Position numbers and translations under genes: made by a program. This document shows positions 19,161 through 30,600 of a stretch of 64,000 nt of DNA, piece by piece. The notes beneath the pieces were generated by a model. That model was not told the DNA's origin and did not search any database. It saw nothing but the letters and a program-made list of their open reading frames with translations. Origin of the DNA: Nitrospirota bacterium (GTDB lineage Bacteria > Nitrospirota > Thermodesulfovibrionia > Thermodesulfovibrionales > Dissulfurispiraceae); the NCBI GenBank assembly GCA_963790025.1, contig CAWBMP010000005.1:288001-352000 (forward strand). Direction: 5' to 3'. Numbering within the stretch: position 1 is the first letter of the stretch; each line of letters opens with the position of its first letter.

Positions 19161-20306
19161 ATGAATGCAGCTGATACAGGTGTGAATAAACGGGCAACCG
19201 GTAAAGGTTCCGTTACCGCAGTGGCTGGACTTTTTCTAAAACTGGGCACAATCGCGTTTGGCGGCCCTGCGGCTCATATCGCAATGATGCAGGATGAGGT
19301 TTGCCGTCGACGGAGATGGGTGAGCGAACAGAGATTTCTGGATCTTTTGGGAGCAGCCAACCTGATTCCGGGCCCGAGTTCGACCGAGATGGCCATTTAT
19401 CTCGGCTACGAAAGGGCCGGATGGAAGGGTCTCATTGCGGGTGGAGTTTGCTTTATCCTACCAGCCATGCTCATTGTATTGGGTTTTGCATGGGCCTATG
19501 TTCAATATGGGACGACGCCCCAGGTTGTCTGGCTTCTGTACGGAATCAAACCCGTTATTGTTTCGATCATTGTTCAGGCATTATGGAAGCTTCTCCAGAC
19601 TGCGGTCAAGGGCCCATTGCTGGCATGCGCCTGCTTGGTGGTTCTCGGTTTGTATCTTTCAGGATTCAGCGCTGTTGCTCTTATTTTCGGAAGTGGGTTA
19701 CTGGTCATGGCAATTAAGAATGGCCGGCAGAGTTGGCGTTTGGGAGGAAGCAAGGGTGCTGCATTGGTTCCTGTGCCGTTTGCGCTGATGACCTTATTCC
19801 TAACCTTCCTGAAAATCGGCTCAGTGGTGTTCGGGTCGGGTTACGTGCTACTTGCATTTCTGCGCGATGATTTTGTTTACAACCTGCGCTGGCTTACCGA
19901 TCATCAAATTCTGGATGCAGTTGCGGTAGGACAGTTCACGCCGGGCCCCGTGTTCACAACCGCCACATTTATCGGTTATGTCTTAGGCGGTATTAAAGGA
20001 GCTATGCTGGCGACTCTGGGAATCTTCCTTCCCTCTTTTTTTCTAGCAGCGGCAGTTTTTCCCTTTGTCGGAATCCTGCGCAGCTCGCGCTGGGCAAGCG
20101 CTTTTTTGGATGGAGTCAATGTGGGTGCACTGGGCCTTATGGCAGGAGTTACGTTCCAGTTTGGGAGGGCTGCGATAATAGACATGCCTACTTTGGCGCT
20201 GGCCTTAATTTCAGTCTTTGTCATGTTCCGATTCAGGATTAACACTGCCTGGATCGTACTGGCAGGCGGCATCGCAGGACTGGTTTTCAAGCTCTTTTTG
20301 GTTTAA
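19161..20306 (+). CDS. chrA: Chromate efflux transporter
   Basis: FGGPAAH, NLIPGP, GQFTPGP duplicated CHR domains. Confidence 0.92.
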   Translation: MNAADTGVNKRATGKGSVTAVAGLFLKLGTIAFGGPAAHIAMMQDEVCRRRRWVSEQRFLDLLGAANLIPGPSSTEMAIYLGYERAGWKGLIAGGVCFILPAMLIVLGFAWAYVQYGTTPQVVWLLYGIKPVIVSIIVQALWKLLQTAVKGPLLACACLVVLGLYLSGFSAVALIFGSGLLVMAIKNGRQSWRLGGSKGAALVPVPFALMTLFLTFLKIGSVVFGSGYVLLAFLRDDFVYNLRWLTDHQILDAVAVGQFTPGPVFTTATFIGYVLGGIKGAMLATLGIFLPSFFLAAAVFPFVGILRSSRWASAFLDGVNVGALGLMAGVTFQFGRAAIIDMPTLALALISVFVMFRFRINTAWIVLAGGIAGLVFKLFLV

Positions 20307-20326
20307 TGTAAAACTGGTCCACTAAT

Positions 20327-20752
20327 TCATGCTTCTTCACCGTGAGGGACATCTCGCATGCGTTTGGTTGCACTGCGCTTGTGTTTCACCTCAAGTCTGC
20401 GCTCCCGTGATCCCCTGGTGGGCGAGGTCTTCCTGCGCGGTTTGGGCCGCTCAGCGGCCTTTCGGATGAGTTCGATCAATCGTTCCACCGCAGCCACCCG
20501 GTTCTGCTCCTGGGTACGGAATTGACGCGCTTCGATAACGAGGACGCCGTCTTTGGTCATACGGTTTCCAGCAACTCTCACGAGGCGCTGCCGGACTTCT
20601 GCCGTAAGGGAAGTAGAACGTGCCGCATCAAAACGTAGCTGCACTGCCGTAGCGACTTTGTTGACGTTCTGTCCACCAGGACCCGAGGAACGGACAAAGT
20701 GCAACTCGATCTCGTCTTCATTTATGGAAATATTGTCGGTAACAAATATCAT
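20327..20752 (-). CDS. arfB: Alternative ribosome-rescue peptidyl-tRNA hydrolase
   Basis: RSSGPGGQNVNKV; basic C-terminal tail. Confidence 0.93.
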   Translation of the reverse strand: MIFVTDNISINEDEIELHFVRSSGPGGQNVNKVATAVQLRFDAARSTSLTAEVRQRLVRVAGNRMTKDGVLVIEARQFRTQEQNRVAAVERLIELIRKAAERPKPRRKTSPTRGSRERRLEVKHKRSATKRMRDVPHGEEA

Positions 20753-20803
20753 GCAATCAATATTAACACATTGCGAAAGCCACTATAAGGGTCTGGCTCT
20801 TGC

Positions 20804-20975
20804 GGTAGTGGGTAAGTTTGTTTTTGATCTGGATCACCTGAGTTATCCGTAGTGGGCTGGTAACGCCCAGCCCACATATGGAAAAATGGCTGCCAGAGAT
20901 AATTATCAGTACATACCAGTGACTGGAACCCAAAGACTATTTGAATCCAGAGCAAAAACAAACTTACCCACTATC
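20804..20975. mobile_element. MITE, probably IS1-family derived
   Basis: 31-bp TIRs with 2 mismatches starting GGTAGTGG; 8-bp direct repeat GCTCTTGC at 20796-20803 and 20976-20983. Confidence 0.8.
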
Positions 20976-21066
20976 GCTCTTGCCTCCCAAACACGAGTTT
21001 TTAGTATATAATCTTTAGTATATAGCCAATATGCTATTACCTGTATGTTAAGAGGGAGGATATCCT

Positions 21067-22698
21067 ATGCTATCGACACGAAAACTTACGGAGTTGCCGT
21101 CATGGAAGGCGCTCGAAGACCACTACCGGAAGATTCAGGGCGTCCACCTTCGGGAACTATTTGCCGGCGATTTGCAGCGTGGCGAGCGATTCGCTGTCGA
21201 AGCATCCGGCATTTACCTTGATTACTCCAAGAACCGCATCACAGGTGAAACCCTTCGGCTTCTTTTCCAACTCGCTGAGGAGTGCGGTCTGCGCGAACGG
21301 ATCGATGCGATGTTCCGCGGAGAGGAAATTAATATTACCGAGAAACGTGCTGTGCTTCATATAGCTCTGCGTGCACCCCGGAATCAGTCGATCTTTGTTG
21401 ACGGTGAAAACGTGGTGACCAAGGTTTACAAGGTACTTGACAGGATGGAGGATTTCGTCAATCGCGTCAGGAGCGGAGAGTGGAAGGGACATACCGGCAA
21501 GCGTCTCCGCAATGTCGTAAACATTGGTATTGGTGGCTCTGACCTGGGTCCGGCCATGGCTTACGAAGCGCTGAAGCATTACAGCTCGCGCGATATGATT
21601 TTTCGTTTCGTTTCGAACGTGGACGGAACGGATTTTACCGAAGCGACGCTCGACCTCGATCCGGCAGAGACCCTTTTTATCGTGTCATCGAAGACTTTTA
21701 CAACCCTGGAGACGATGACGAACGCACACACTGCCCGTCGGTGGACGCTGCAGGCGCTGGGTGACGAGCGTGCCGTAGCGCGGCACTTCGTTGCCGTCTC
21801 AACCAATGCCGAAGAGGTGGCAAAGTTCGGCATTGACACCGCGAATATGTTCGGGTTCTGGGACTGGGTCGGTGGTCGCTACTCGATGGATTCAGCCATC
21901 GGGCTTTCGACCATGATCGCTGTCGGAGCCGAAAACTACCGGGCGATGCTCGCCGGTTTCCATGCTATTGACGAGCATTTCCGCACCGCGCCGTTCGAAG
22001 GGAACCTGCCGGTGCTAATGGGACTGCTCGCTGTTTGGTATAATAACTTCTTCGGTGCGCAGACTGTGGCCGTGCTGCCTTACGACCAGTACCTCAAACG
22101 TTTCCCGGCCTACCTCCAGCAGTTGACGATGGAGAGCAACGGCAAGCACTCAACGATAGACGGCTCACACGTCGATTACGAAACAGGCCCTATCTTATGG
22201 GGAGAGCCGGGCACCAATGGCCAGCATTCATTCTATCAGCTTGTCCACCAGGGGACGAAGCTTGTTCCTTGCGACTTCATCGGCTTTTGCAGAACGCTGA
22301 ATCCTGTGGGCAAGCATCACGATGTGCTTATTGCTAATCTTTTGGCGCAAACCGAGGCTTTGGCATTCGGCAAGACGGAAGATGAGGTCAGGGCGGAGGG
22401 AACACCGGAGTGGCTGGCTCCCCACCGCGTCTTTGAGGGCAACCGTCCTTCGAATACTATTCTCTGCGAGAAGCTGACGCCGGAGATGCTCGGTAAACTT
22501 GTTGCGCTTTATGAGCATAGTGTATTCACTCAGGGAACGATTTGGCTTATTGATTCCTTTGACCAGTGGGGGGTTGAGTTGGGCAAGGTCCTGGCGCAAA
22601 GAATCATTCCGGAACTTGAAAGCGCCGATGAGCCGCAGGCCGGGCACGATAGTTCGACCAACGCTCTTATGCGTCGCTACCGCAGGCTTAAAAAATGA
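21067..22698 (+). CDS. pgi: Glucose-6-phosphate isomerase
   Basis: [45 protein letters not shown]. Confidence 0.97.
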   Translation: MLSTRKLTELPSWKALEDHYRKIQGVHLRELFAGDLQRGERFAVEASGIYLDYSKNRITGETLRLLFQLAEECGLRERIDAMFRGEEINITEKRAVLHIALRAPRNQSIFVDGENVVTKVYKVLDRMEDFVNRVRSGEWKGHTGKRLRNVVNIGIGGSDLGPAMAYEALKHYSSRDMIFRFVSNVDGTDFTEATLDLDPAETLFIVSSKTFTTLETMTNAHTARRWTLQALGDERAVARHFVAVSTNAEEVAKFGIDTANMFGFWDWVGGRYSMDSAIGLSTMIAVGAENYRAMLAGFHAIDEHFRTAPFEGNLPVLMGLLAVWYNNFFGAQTVAVLPYDQYLKRFPAYLQQLTMESNGKHSTIDGSHVDYETGPILWGEPGTNGQHSFYQLVHQGTKLVPCDFIGFCRTLNPVGKHHDVLIANLLAQTEALAFGKTEDEVRAEGTPEWLAPHRVFEGNRPSNTILCEKLTPEMLGKLVALYEHSVFTQGTIWLIDSFDQWGVELGKVLAQRIIPELESADEPQAGHDSSTNALMRRYRRLKK

Positions 22699-25244
22699 GT
22701 GAATCAAAACGAGTCAGCAGTCCCATACACCGATTTCTTCCCTTTGAGGTCGATGGCTTCGATTCTCTTGTAGAGCTTGCCATGGACCTGCGCTTGTCGT
22801 GGGACCATCAGGCCGGCGAGGTATGGCAGCAACTCGATGCGGTGCTCTGGGACCTGACGCAGAACCCATGGGTCGTTCTTCAGACCGTCTCCAGGGACCG
22901 ACTTCAGCGCGTGTTGGATGATGCCACCTTCCGTAAGAAAGTCGATGACCTTTTGCAGGCAAAAAGTGAAGCGGCAGAATCGCCTTCCTGGTTTTCGCAA
23001 AATCATTCGGGTACCCAATTGAACAGCGTCGCTTATTTCAGTATGGAATTCATGTTGAGCGAGGCACTCCCGATCTATTCGGGTGGACTTGGTAATGTAG
23101 CCGGAGACCAGCTGAAGGCTGCAAGCGATCTGGGAGTTCCGGTAATCGGCGTGGGGCTCCTCTATCAACAGGGCTATTTCAGACAGGTAATAGACAGAAA
23201 TGGAATGCAACAGGCCCTCTTTCCCTATAATGATCCCGGTCAATTGCCTATTACGCCTTTGCGTGAGCCCGACGGAGAGTGGCTGCGTTTGAAAGTTGCG
23301 CTTCCCGGTTACTCCATGTGGCTGCGTGCCTGGCAAGTTCAGATAGGTAGAGTGAAGCTCTACCTTCTGGACAGCAATGATCCGGCGAACTTCCCGGCCC
23401 ACAGAGGAATTACAAGCGAGCTATATGGAGGCGGGCCTGAGCTGCGCCTTCTGCAGGAGCTGACACTAGGTATCGGAGGGTGGCGGCTGCTCAACATGCT
23501 CGGCATCAAACCCGATGTCTGCCATCTGAATGAAGGACATGCTGCTTTTGCGGTATTGGAGCGTGCCCGGTTTTTTATGCTGGAGACAGGGCAACCTTTC
23601 GAAGTTGCACTTGCCGTTACTCGTGCCGGCAACCTTTTCACTACCCATACAGCGGTCGCCGCAGGTTTTGATCGCTTTTCTCCTTCCCTTATGGAGCAAT
23701 ATCTCGGCAGATACGCCGGTGATAGGCTGGGCATCCCGTTCCATGACCTATTGGCCCTGGGCCGCCAGAACCCCAATGACTCCACGGAATACTTCAATGT
23801 GGCCTATCTCGCCCTGCGAGGGAGCGGGGCGGTCAACGGGGTGAGCCGATTACACGGACAAGTCAGTCGACGCATCTTTCAGCCCCTCTTTCAACCTTGG
23901 CCGGAGGTCGAAGTGCCGGTCGGGCATGTTACTAACGGGGTCCATATGCCGACCTGGAATTCAGAGGAGATCGAAGTACTTTGGACAGGGGCCTGTGGAA
24001 AAGAGCCCTGGATGGGTACCGTGGAAACCCTGGAAGAGAACATCCGTAACGTTTCCGATTTTATGCTCTGGAATTGCCGCACATCCGCCCGTGAGTCTCT
24101 GATCAAGTACATGCGGGAACGGTGGTCCCGGCAGGTGGCTGTATCGGGAGGGACGCATGAAGAGATTGAAAATGCCAGAAATATATTCGATTTCAACACA
24201 TTGACACTGGGCTTTGCCCGCCGTTTTGCGACCTACAAGAGGCCTAATCTGCTGCTGCATGATCCTGAACGGTTCCTTCGCATACTCTGCGATTCTCAAC
24301 GTCCCGTGCAGCTTGTCATTGCGGGCAAAGCGCACCCTGACGATCACCAGGGACAGGCCATGATTCAGCAATGGACCCAGTTCATTCGCCGGCCTGAAGC
24401 GCGCAATCATGTAGTGTTTATCAGCGACTACGATATGTTGTTGACCGAACGTATGGTGCAGGGCGTGGATGTCTGGGTCAATACACCGCGGAGGCCCTGG
24501 GAAGCATGCGGAACGAGCGGCATGAAGGTGCTTGTCAATGGAGGAATTAATCTTTCAGAACTTGATGGCTGGTGGGCTGAGGCCTGGTCGCCGGAAGTCG
24601 GGTGGGCCTTGGGTGACGGGAAGGAGCATGGTGATGACCCTGCCTGGGATGCTGTCGAAGCTGAGGCACTCTACACTTTGCTCGAACAAAATGTGGTCCC
24701 CGAATTTTACTCGCGTGATCAAAACGGCATCCCTGCCGCCTGGGTAACGCGAATACGTGAGAGTATGGCCCGGCTGACGCCGCGTTTTTCCGCCAACCGG
24801 GCTGTCATAGAATATACCGAGCACTACTACATTCCTGCTGCCGAGGCATACCGCGAGCGTGCCTCGGGAAAATGCGCTGAGGGTGCTCAGATAGTGGAGT
24901 GGCAGCATAATCTGGCACAGAAATGGACCAATCTGCGCTTTGGGGAAATTAAAATTGAAACTGACCCGGAACGGCACTTGTTTGATATCCAGGTGTATCT
25001 AAACGGCCTCGATCCCGACTCTGTTCGAATAGAGCTTTACGCGGACGGCTTGGACGGCGGCGACCCCGAGAAGCAGGAGATGATGCGCGGTAAGCAACTC
25101 GTCGGCGCAGAGAATGGCTATACTTACAGCGCGATGGTGCCGGCGACCCGACCGGCTGCAGATTATACAGCGCGGGCGCTGCCTTACCATCCCTGCGTTG
25201 CGGTGCCACTGGAAGCTGATCAAATCCTGTGGCAGCGGTGGTGA
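22695..25244 (+). CDS. glgP: Alpha-glucan phosphorylase (long form, GT35)
   Basis: [30 protein letters not shown] (PLP Lys). Confidence 0.95.
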   Translation: MSESKRVSSPIHRFLPFEVDGFDSLVELAMDLRLSWDHQAGEVWQQLDAVLWDLTQNPWVVLQTVSRDRLQRVLDDATFRKKVDDLLQAKSEAAESPSWFSQNHSGTQLNSVAYFSMEFMLSEALPIYSGGLGNVAGDQLKAASDLGVPVIGVGLLYQQGYFRQVIDRNGMQQALFPYNDPGQLPITPLREPDGEWLRLKVALPGYSMWLRAWQVQIGRVKLYLLDSNDPANFPAHRGITSELYGGGPELRLLQELTLGIGGWRLLNMLGIKPDVCHLNEGHAAFAVLERARFFMLETGQPFEVALAVTRAGNLFTTHTAVAAGFDRFSPSLMEQYLGRYAGDRLGIPFHDLLALGRQNPNDSTEYFNVAYLALRGSGAVNGVSRLHGQVSRRIFQPLFQPWPEVEVPVGHVTNGVHMPTWNSEEIEVLWTGACGKEPWMGTVETLEENIRNVSDFMLWNCRTSARESLIKYMRERWSRQVAVSGGTHEEIENARNIFDFNTLTLGFARRFATYKRPNLLLHDPERFLRILCDSQRPVQLVIAGKAHPDDHQGQAMIQQWTQFIRRPEARNHVVFISDYDMLLTERMVQGVDVWVNTPRRPWEACGTSGMKVLVNGGINLSELDGWWAEAWSPEVGWALGDGKEHGDDPAWDAVEAEALYTLLEQNVVPEFYSRDQNGIPAAWVTRIRESMARLTPRFSANRAVIEYTEHYYIPAAEAYRERASGKCAEGAQIVEWQHNLAQKWTNLRFGEIKIETDPERHLFDIQVYLNGLDPDSVRIELYADGLDGGDPEKQEMMRGKQLVGAENGYTYSAMVPATRPAADYTARALPYHPCVAVPLEADQILWQRW

Positions 25245-25250
25245 GAGTAT

Positions 25251-26543
25251 TTACTTGTCTCTTGATGTCATAAGCAATATGCCTTGTCCCGGTCGCAGGT
25301 CGTACGAGAATGGCGATGGTACATAGTCGAGAGCATATTCCGGAGAGATATCGAGTATTGGAGCGCCCGCCTGAAGATATCCCTGAAGTGACTCTGTATG
25401 GAAATATTGCTTGTTGTAATTGTCTTTATTCAGAATTAAGAGTGATTCTTCATTTGTATAACCTGATGCCTTCCACATAAGCAGAATACCCGGGTTGTCA
25501 TAATGCAGCACAGTTGTGGGGGCCTCCTCCTGGAATACTGGATGACCTGACTTTGCCTTGTTGACGCTTGCTATGAAAGAAGTCAGATCAATGCCTGTTT
25601 CTTCCCAATCTTCAGGTCTGGTTTTTACCACGTGCAACTTCTTGCGGAAGCCGAATTCGAACCCCATCGGCATCATAACGCCGCATGAAAACAGGGCAGA
25701 GAACAGATAGCGTTGTTTGAGCCCTTCGATATTTCCGCCCAATTCTTCGCAGAGCCTGACCGTATCGTGGCTCTCGGGGAAGCTGACGGAAGGGGCTATT
25801 TCCCGTGTAAGGACATATTGTTCCATCAACCATGGGTTGTTGAAGTCCCACCATTTTGAACTGTTGAAAATATAATCGAAACCGGCGGCGGCGGTTTTTC
25901 GTGTCAGGTCGGGCGGGCATCCGAGTGTTTCCGCGAAAAAAAGTGTGTCGGGATATTTTTTCTTTGTTTCGGTGATGAGTCTTTTCCATAGACTTCCGGG
26001 CAGTTGATACGCAGCATCGCACCGGAATCCTTTAAAGCCCAGATCGGAAAGAAAACATATCACGCTGAAAAAGTATTGATAGAGTCCTTCTTTATCTTTT
26101 GTATTTACGTGGTCAAACCTGGCCAGGTCTTTCCAGACCACTTTTTTACCGTCTTCATCTGCAAAGGGATGAGCAATTCGTCCGTCGGCTTCCCAAAGAA
26201 ACCATCCCGGGTGTGATTTTATAAGGTCCGAATCCGTGGAACAATGGTTGATCACCAGGTCCACCATCACCTTCAGCCCGAGTTGTTCTGCAGCCCGGAC
26301 CATATCTTTCACCTGCTCCTGGGGTTTCTTTTCACTTTCAGAGTCAATGAACAGCGGATTGAAATCAAGATAATCCGCTATAGAGTAAAGACTCCCCGAA
26401 GTCCCCACACGCTGGATGGGATTGACAAAAATCCAGTTGAAGCCCATTTCGGATGCCCTCAAAAAATGACTGCCCCAGCCGGTAAACTTTCCTGCCAGCA
26501 GGGGGAAGAGGTTATAGATGATCATTATTTCGGGTTTTTTCAC
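25251..26543 (-). CDS. GH13 alpha-amylase-family enzyme
   Basis: DLVINH, GFRCDAA, FAE, SHD conserved regions. Confidence 0.88.
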   Translation of the reverse strand: MKKPEIMIIYNLFPLLAGKFTGWGSHFLRASEMGFNWIFVNPIQRVGTSGSLYSIADYLDFNPLFIDSESEKKPQEQVKDMVRAAEQLGLKVMVDLVINHCSTDSDLIKSHPGWFLWEADGRIAHPFADEDGKKVVWKDLARFDHVNTKDKEGLYQYFFSVICFLSDLGFKGFRCDAAYQLPGSLWKRLITETKKKYPDTLFFAETLGCPPDLTRKTAAAGFDYIFNSSKWWDFNNPWLMEQYVLTREIAPSVSFPESHDTVRLCEELGGNIEGLKQRYLFSALFSCGVMMPMGFEFGFRKKLHVVKTRPEDWEETGIDLTSFIASVNKAKSGHPVFQEEAPTTVLHYDNPGILLMWKASGYTNEESLLILNKDNYNKQYFHTESLQGYLQAGAPILDISPEYALDYVPSPFSYDLRPGQGILLMTSRDK

Positions 26544-27607
26544 TGTTTGTTCTCCTTTTTACATGCTTCCAGTACGAGTTGGTGGTTATCACTAAGAACA
26601 GAAAGCCATAAATTCATCCGTTCGGCATTTCTCCTGTTCCTCCAGTGATGAAAGAGGTAAGAGGCGTTTCCGAGCTGGAGCATGCCTTCGGTCGGATGAA
26701 TTTCCAATGAGAAGGAAATGTGGTCCGGACCGGGGAGTTTCATGGATTCTGCGATAACCCTTGAAAGTCCACGCGGTCCGAACATGAGGTCGAGATGCCT
26801 TGCACTCCCGTATTCAAATGGTAACATAATTTTATTCAGAAAACTGAGGTGGTCACTTACGCCAAAAGGGCTGAAGGTCGAGAGCGGGTGTGCATCATGC
26901 AGATGGTAATGCACAGGTTTGCCCAGGCTCCCGACCTCCCGGACCACGCGCAGAACTTCAGCAGGCGAAGCGGCGACCGCCTCCTGAACATCTTTTATTA
27001 CTTCCCGAAGTCCGGGATCTTGGGGCTTCAAAGCACAAACATCTCTTCCCGGGTATTTGCGTGAGTAGATGCGGCTTGCCTGCCAAAGGCCAATATGTCC
27101 TATATCGATGCAACTGCTGATGCGCTCAAGGTCACTTGCTGCCCTGAAAAGTGTTATGAAGATATCAGTCTCAAGCCCTGCAGCGTATTCGATAAAAAGA
27201 TAGGGACTCCCCTTGATATCCTGCAGACGGGATTCCATCTCCTGCAGGACAGTCAAATAATTGTCAAAGCGCGCGGCGATTTCGTTTTGATCATGAATAA
27301 TCAATCCCAGCACCCGGTTTTTGAAGTTTTTCGCAAAATCGAGGACCAGCCTTCGACCGCTTTCCTCGAAGAGGTTGATCCATCTGGGCAAATGCACGGC
27401 AGACGGTGCTTCAGGAGTCGGCTTGAACCCCAAAAGCCGCTCCAGCTCATACGGCGTTTCGGCGTAGAACTCGGGTCCCAGCCCTGCCTCTTTAAATCGC
27501 AGGGAGGCGAGCTGCAAAAGAGCGTCATCGCCGTCAATTCTTTTTTGAAAAAGCCCCAGAACAGGAGGGCAAGTGCTGGGCCCTCGACTGGACAAGATAG
27601 ATTCCAT
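26540..27607 (-). CDS. Xylose-isomerase/AP-endonuclease-2-like TIM-barrel protein (start uncertain)
   Basis: Metal-ligand pattern VHLP, IEY, IDIGH, HLHD, SDH, LEIH. Confidence 0.6.
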   Translation of the reverse strand: MESILSSRGPSTCPPVLGLFQKRIDGDDALLQLASLRFKEAGLGPEFYAETPYELERLLGFKPTPEAPSAVHLPRWINLFEESGRRLVLDFAKNFKNRVLGLIIHDQNEIAARFDNYLTVLQEMESRLQDIKGSPYLFIEYAAGLETDIFITLFRAASDLERISSCIDIGHIGLWQASRIYSRKYPGRDVCALKPQDPGLREVIKDVQEAVAASPAEVLRVVREVGSLGKPVHYHLHDAHPLSTFSPFGVSDHLSFLNKIMLPFEYGSARHLDLMFGPRGLSRVIAESMKLPGPDHISFSLEIHPTEGMLQLGNASYLFHHWRNRRNAERMNLWLSVLSDNHQLVLEACKKENKQ

Positions 27608-30600
27608 CTCCTGAAATTACCCCCTCGATATCCTGTGGACCGCTTAACGCATTTTCCACAAACTTTCCGACTGTCCCCAAACGTCCGACTGTGAGATTTC
27701 TGAAGGACCTGTCCATCGACATCCTGATGCCTGTATAATCGATGGTTTCAGCTGTTATCCCGCCGGAAGGACCGGGCAGCAAGGCATGACTGAAACTTGC
27801 AAAGGACAGCATCCTCACCTCTCCTGTTTCTTTATAGCAGACCGCACGGTAAGGACTGCCTGGAGTCGCAGCTGAAGCCAATGTTTCGCCCAGACCGACT
27901 GCCAGCTCTATATAAATCTCTCCAGGATCACAACTTACCGGATTGCGGGTATTCATGATAAATGAAAGTTCCGGAACGAGCATCTTCTGGATGAGTACAG
28001 CCATTACCGCTCTTTCGTGCTGAATGCCGGTGTTTCTTCTGTTCATGACCGCACGTACGTTCCATAGCGAGGCCCAGACCTTGAGTATTGCAGGAGCAAC
28101 ATCCGAAGGCTGAACATTGGCAACGGAATCGTAGAGTCCGGCCCCGGACGAAACTCTCATGTCTTCACAGTTGGCACTGGAACGGACAATCAACCTATCC
28201 GGCAGCCGTTCATCCCGCGTAAATTCTTTCAAAACTCCGGAAACGATTTCAGCCGGGACCGGAAGGTGATTTATGATGTCCTGCAGTCTTGTCAAAGCAC
28301 CGGCCAGGTCGCTTTGCCTCAGCCTGTTCAAGTTGCCGACCAGTGCCTTGTACTCTCTTTCAAGAGCAGGTTTCGCAGAGAGGCATGTCTCCATCACTCC
28401 AAAGGGAATTACAATTCCCGCTGCTGTTTTAAGTCCGGCATGCTCAAGCCTCGACATTTCTTCGAGCCTGCGCGCCGAGTCAGCTTTTCCGCCCCCGTTT
28501 TCCGGAGTGACCTCTTTAAGAGGCAGTAATTTGACTGCGGAGTTCAAAATTACGTGAGGCGGTTCAATAGGATACGTATTGATGGGAGCTGCAGTAATGC
28601 CGGAAGAAATTTTCAGGCTGACACTTTCCGTAAAGGCATCCAGAGTAACCAATTGACCGGCGAGACCTGTTAACTCCGAAAAAAGCCCCCTGTCCTCGCA
28701 TGCTGCGAATACGACATGGCTTTGACGGGCACGGACGGCAAGGTGAGCAAGATGGGGGATTCCATGAGCAACTATAATACCGGCTATCCATGCCGGAATT
28801 TCCTCATCGCCTTCTGCTCTTTCCAGAAGTGCCACGAACGGTCCGTTATGGCCATCCGATAAATTCCCAAGGCCGCCGGCAGCTACCAGGCGTCCTGAGG
28901 CTTTTCCAGGCACTATTATGTCCCAGGAGGGAAGATTTGCGAGTGTCCGAATACTTTTTCGAAGAAGATCGACGAGTTTTGACACCTGAAAGACAATGTG
29001 GCCCCTGATGTCGGCCTCTCCGAAAACTTTTATTGCATGCCCGGCCACGTCAAGTGCGCGGCCCAGCCTTTCGGCTTTTTCAGGGAAGAGAGATAGAATC
29101 TTATGACAATAATCTTCCGCTAAACGCGAGTATCTGTCGAGCGTGGCTTTGAGACGGATCAATTCCTCATGTAATTCTTCACGGTCAGCGGGGATAAGCT
29201 TTTCAGACCAGCTCTTTAGTTCTGATTCTATGGCCCGGCACTCTTCAGGGTCCAAGCCGCTGAGTCGCAAATTCCGTATAGCCTGCACTAACGAGGATAA
29301 AGCCAATTTCCTGTCCTTAAGAACATCGAAATGATCGCTTAAACGGCCTGCGAGGCGGCTCAGGATGACAAAAGAAAAATCCTCCAGCCCGATGTCCGCC
29401 ATGAGAAACTTCTGCGCCTTAGTTTCGTCTTGAAGTTTCTGCATTTCGCAGAATTGGCCGCGAAGTCCTGTTAAAAGCTCCAACACGGTCAACATTTTTT
29501 GTGGAGTGTCTATCTCCTTTTTGGCCCTGAGAAATGCACTTATAGAATCTGCCGGACCGAGATCGATCTCCTTCTCTATTGCGCTGAGTCGTTCATCGAG
29601 AGTAGCGGCATTGAAAAATTCTTTGAGTTCGCTATGAAAGCGCTTGAATTCCTCAACAAAGGCAGGTGAATAATCGGCGTCAGGGGCGGTTATTTTTGTC
29701 AGCAGGCCTTTGGAAGTGGCAAGGTCTTCCGGACCGGCTGAACGGTGCAGTTTGTTCTGGAGCGTATCTTTGATCTCCTTTTTCAATTCTCCGGGAATGT
29801 CGTTTCTGTGGGCGATGTCCCTTATGCGTGTGAGGGGTTCGGCCCTGGTGAATGCGCTGTCGAAAGAAGGCAGCCACGGGTAAATTTTTCTTATGATAAA
29901 AAAGTTTTCGGGGGTTATTATGTTAGAGAGCCTCCCGTATATCTGCTGCGCCATCTTTGCGTGATGCCAAGGCCGGTGATGCCCACCTTCCTCGCCGCAA
30001 GGGACTTCACCTGTGCCGATAAAACGAAGATAGATAGCTATATAAAGGAGATGTTCGATGTTCAGATCGAAGGTATCGCAGGTCAAAACATCATAAACCC
30101 AGCCGAGCCTGTTCTGCCAACTCAGGAACCTGCGGTTTGCAGCAACGATTTCATTTACAAAATCATCAGAGGCAGGAGTAAAGGCAGAAGTGAAGGCAGA
30201 AGCAGAAGCGGAAGTAGAGGTAGAGGAAGAGTTGGAGTTGATTATTTCGATAAGTCTGGTACGTGCCTCATTGAGCAGGCCTTCCGGCTGCGGCCATTGT
30301 TCGAGGATAATACTTCCCGAAAAGTTGCGTTTGTTCATCCGCTCCATAAAACCGGTTATGCCCGCAGCGTCTTTTCCCGCAGGGCCTGTGAAAATGGGCA
30401 GGTGACTGTCACAGTCCCCGTAGTTTTCGTGCATGTGTATATGAATGACAGGTACTTCCGGATCGAGCAGATCGACAAACTTGAGATAGTCGTTACGGGT
30501 CGCATAATATAAGTTTGCATGACCGAGATCCAGGCACATTCCCACATTGCCGGTCCTTTCCAAACTGCGAAGACTCCTGAACAGTTCATTGAAATCTTGT

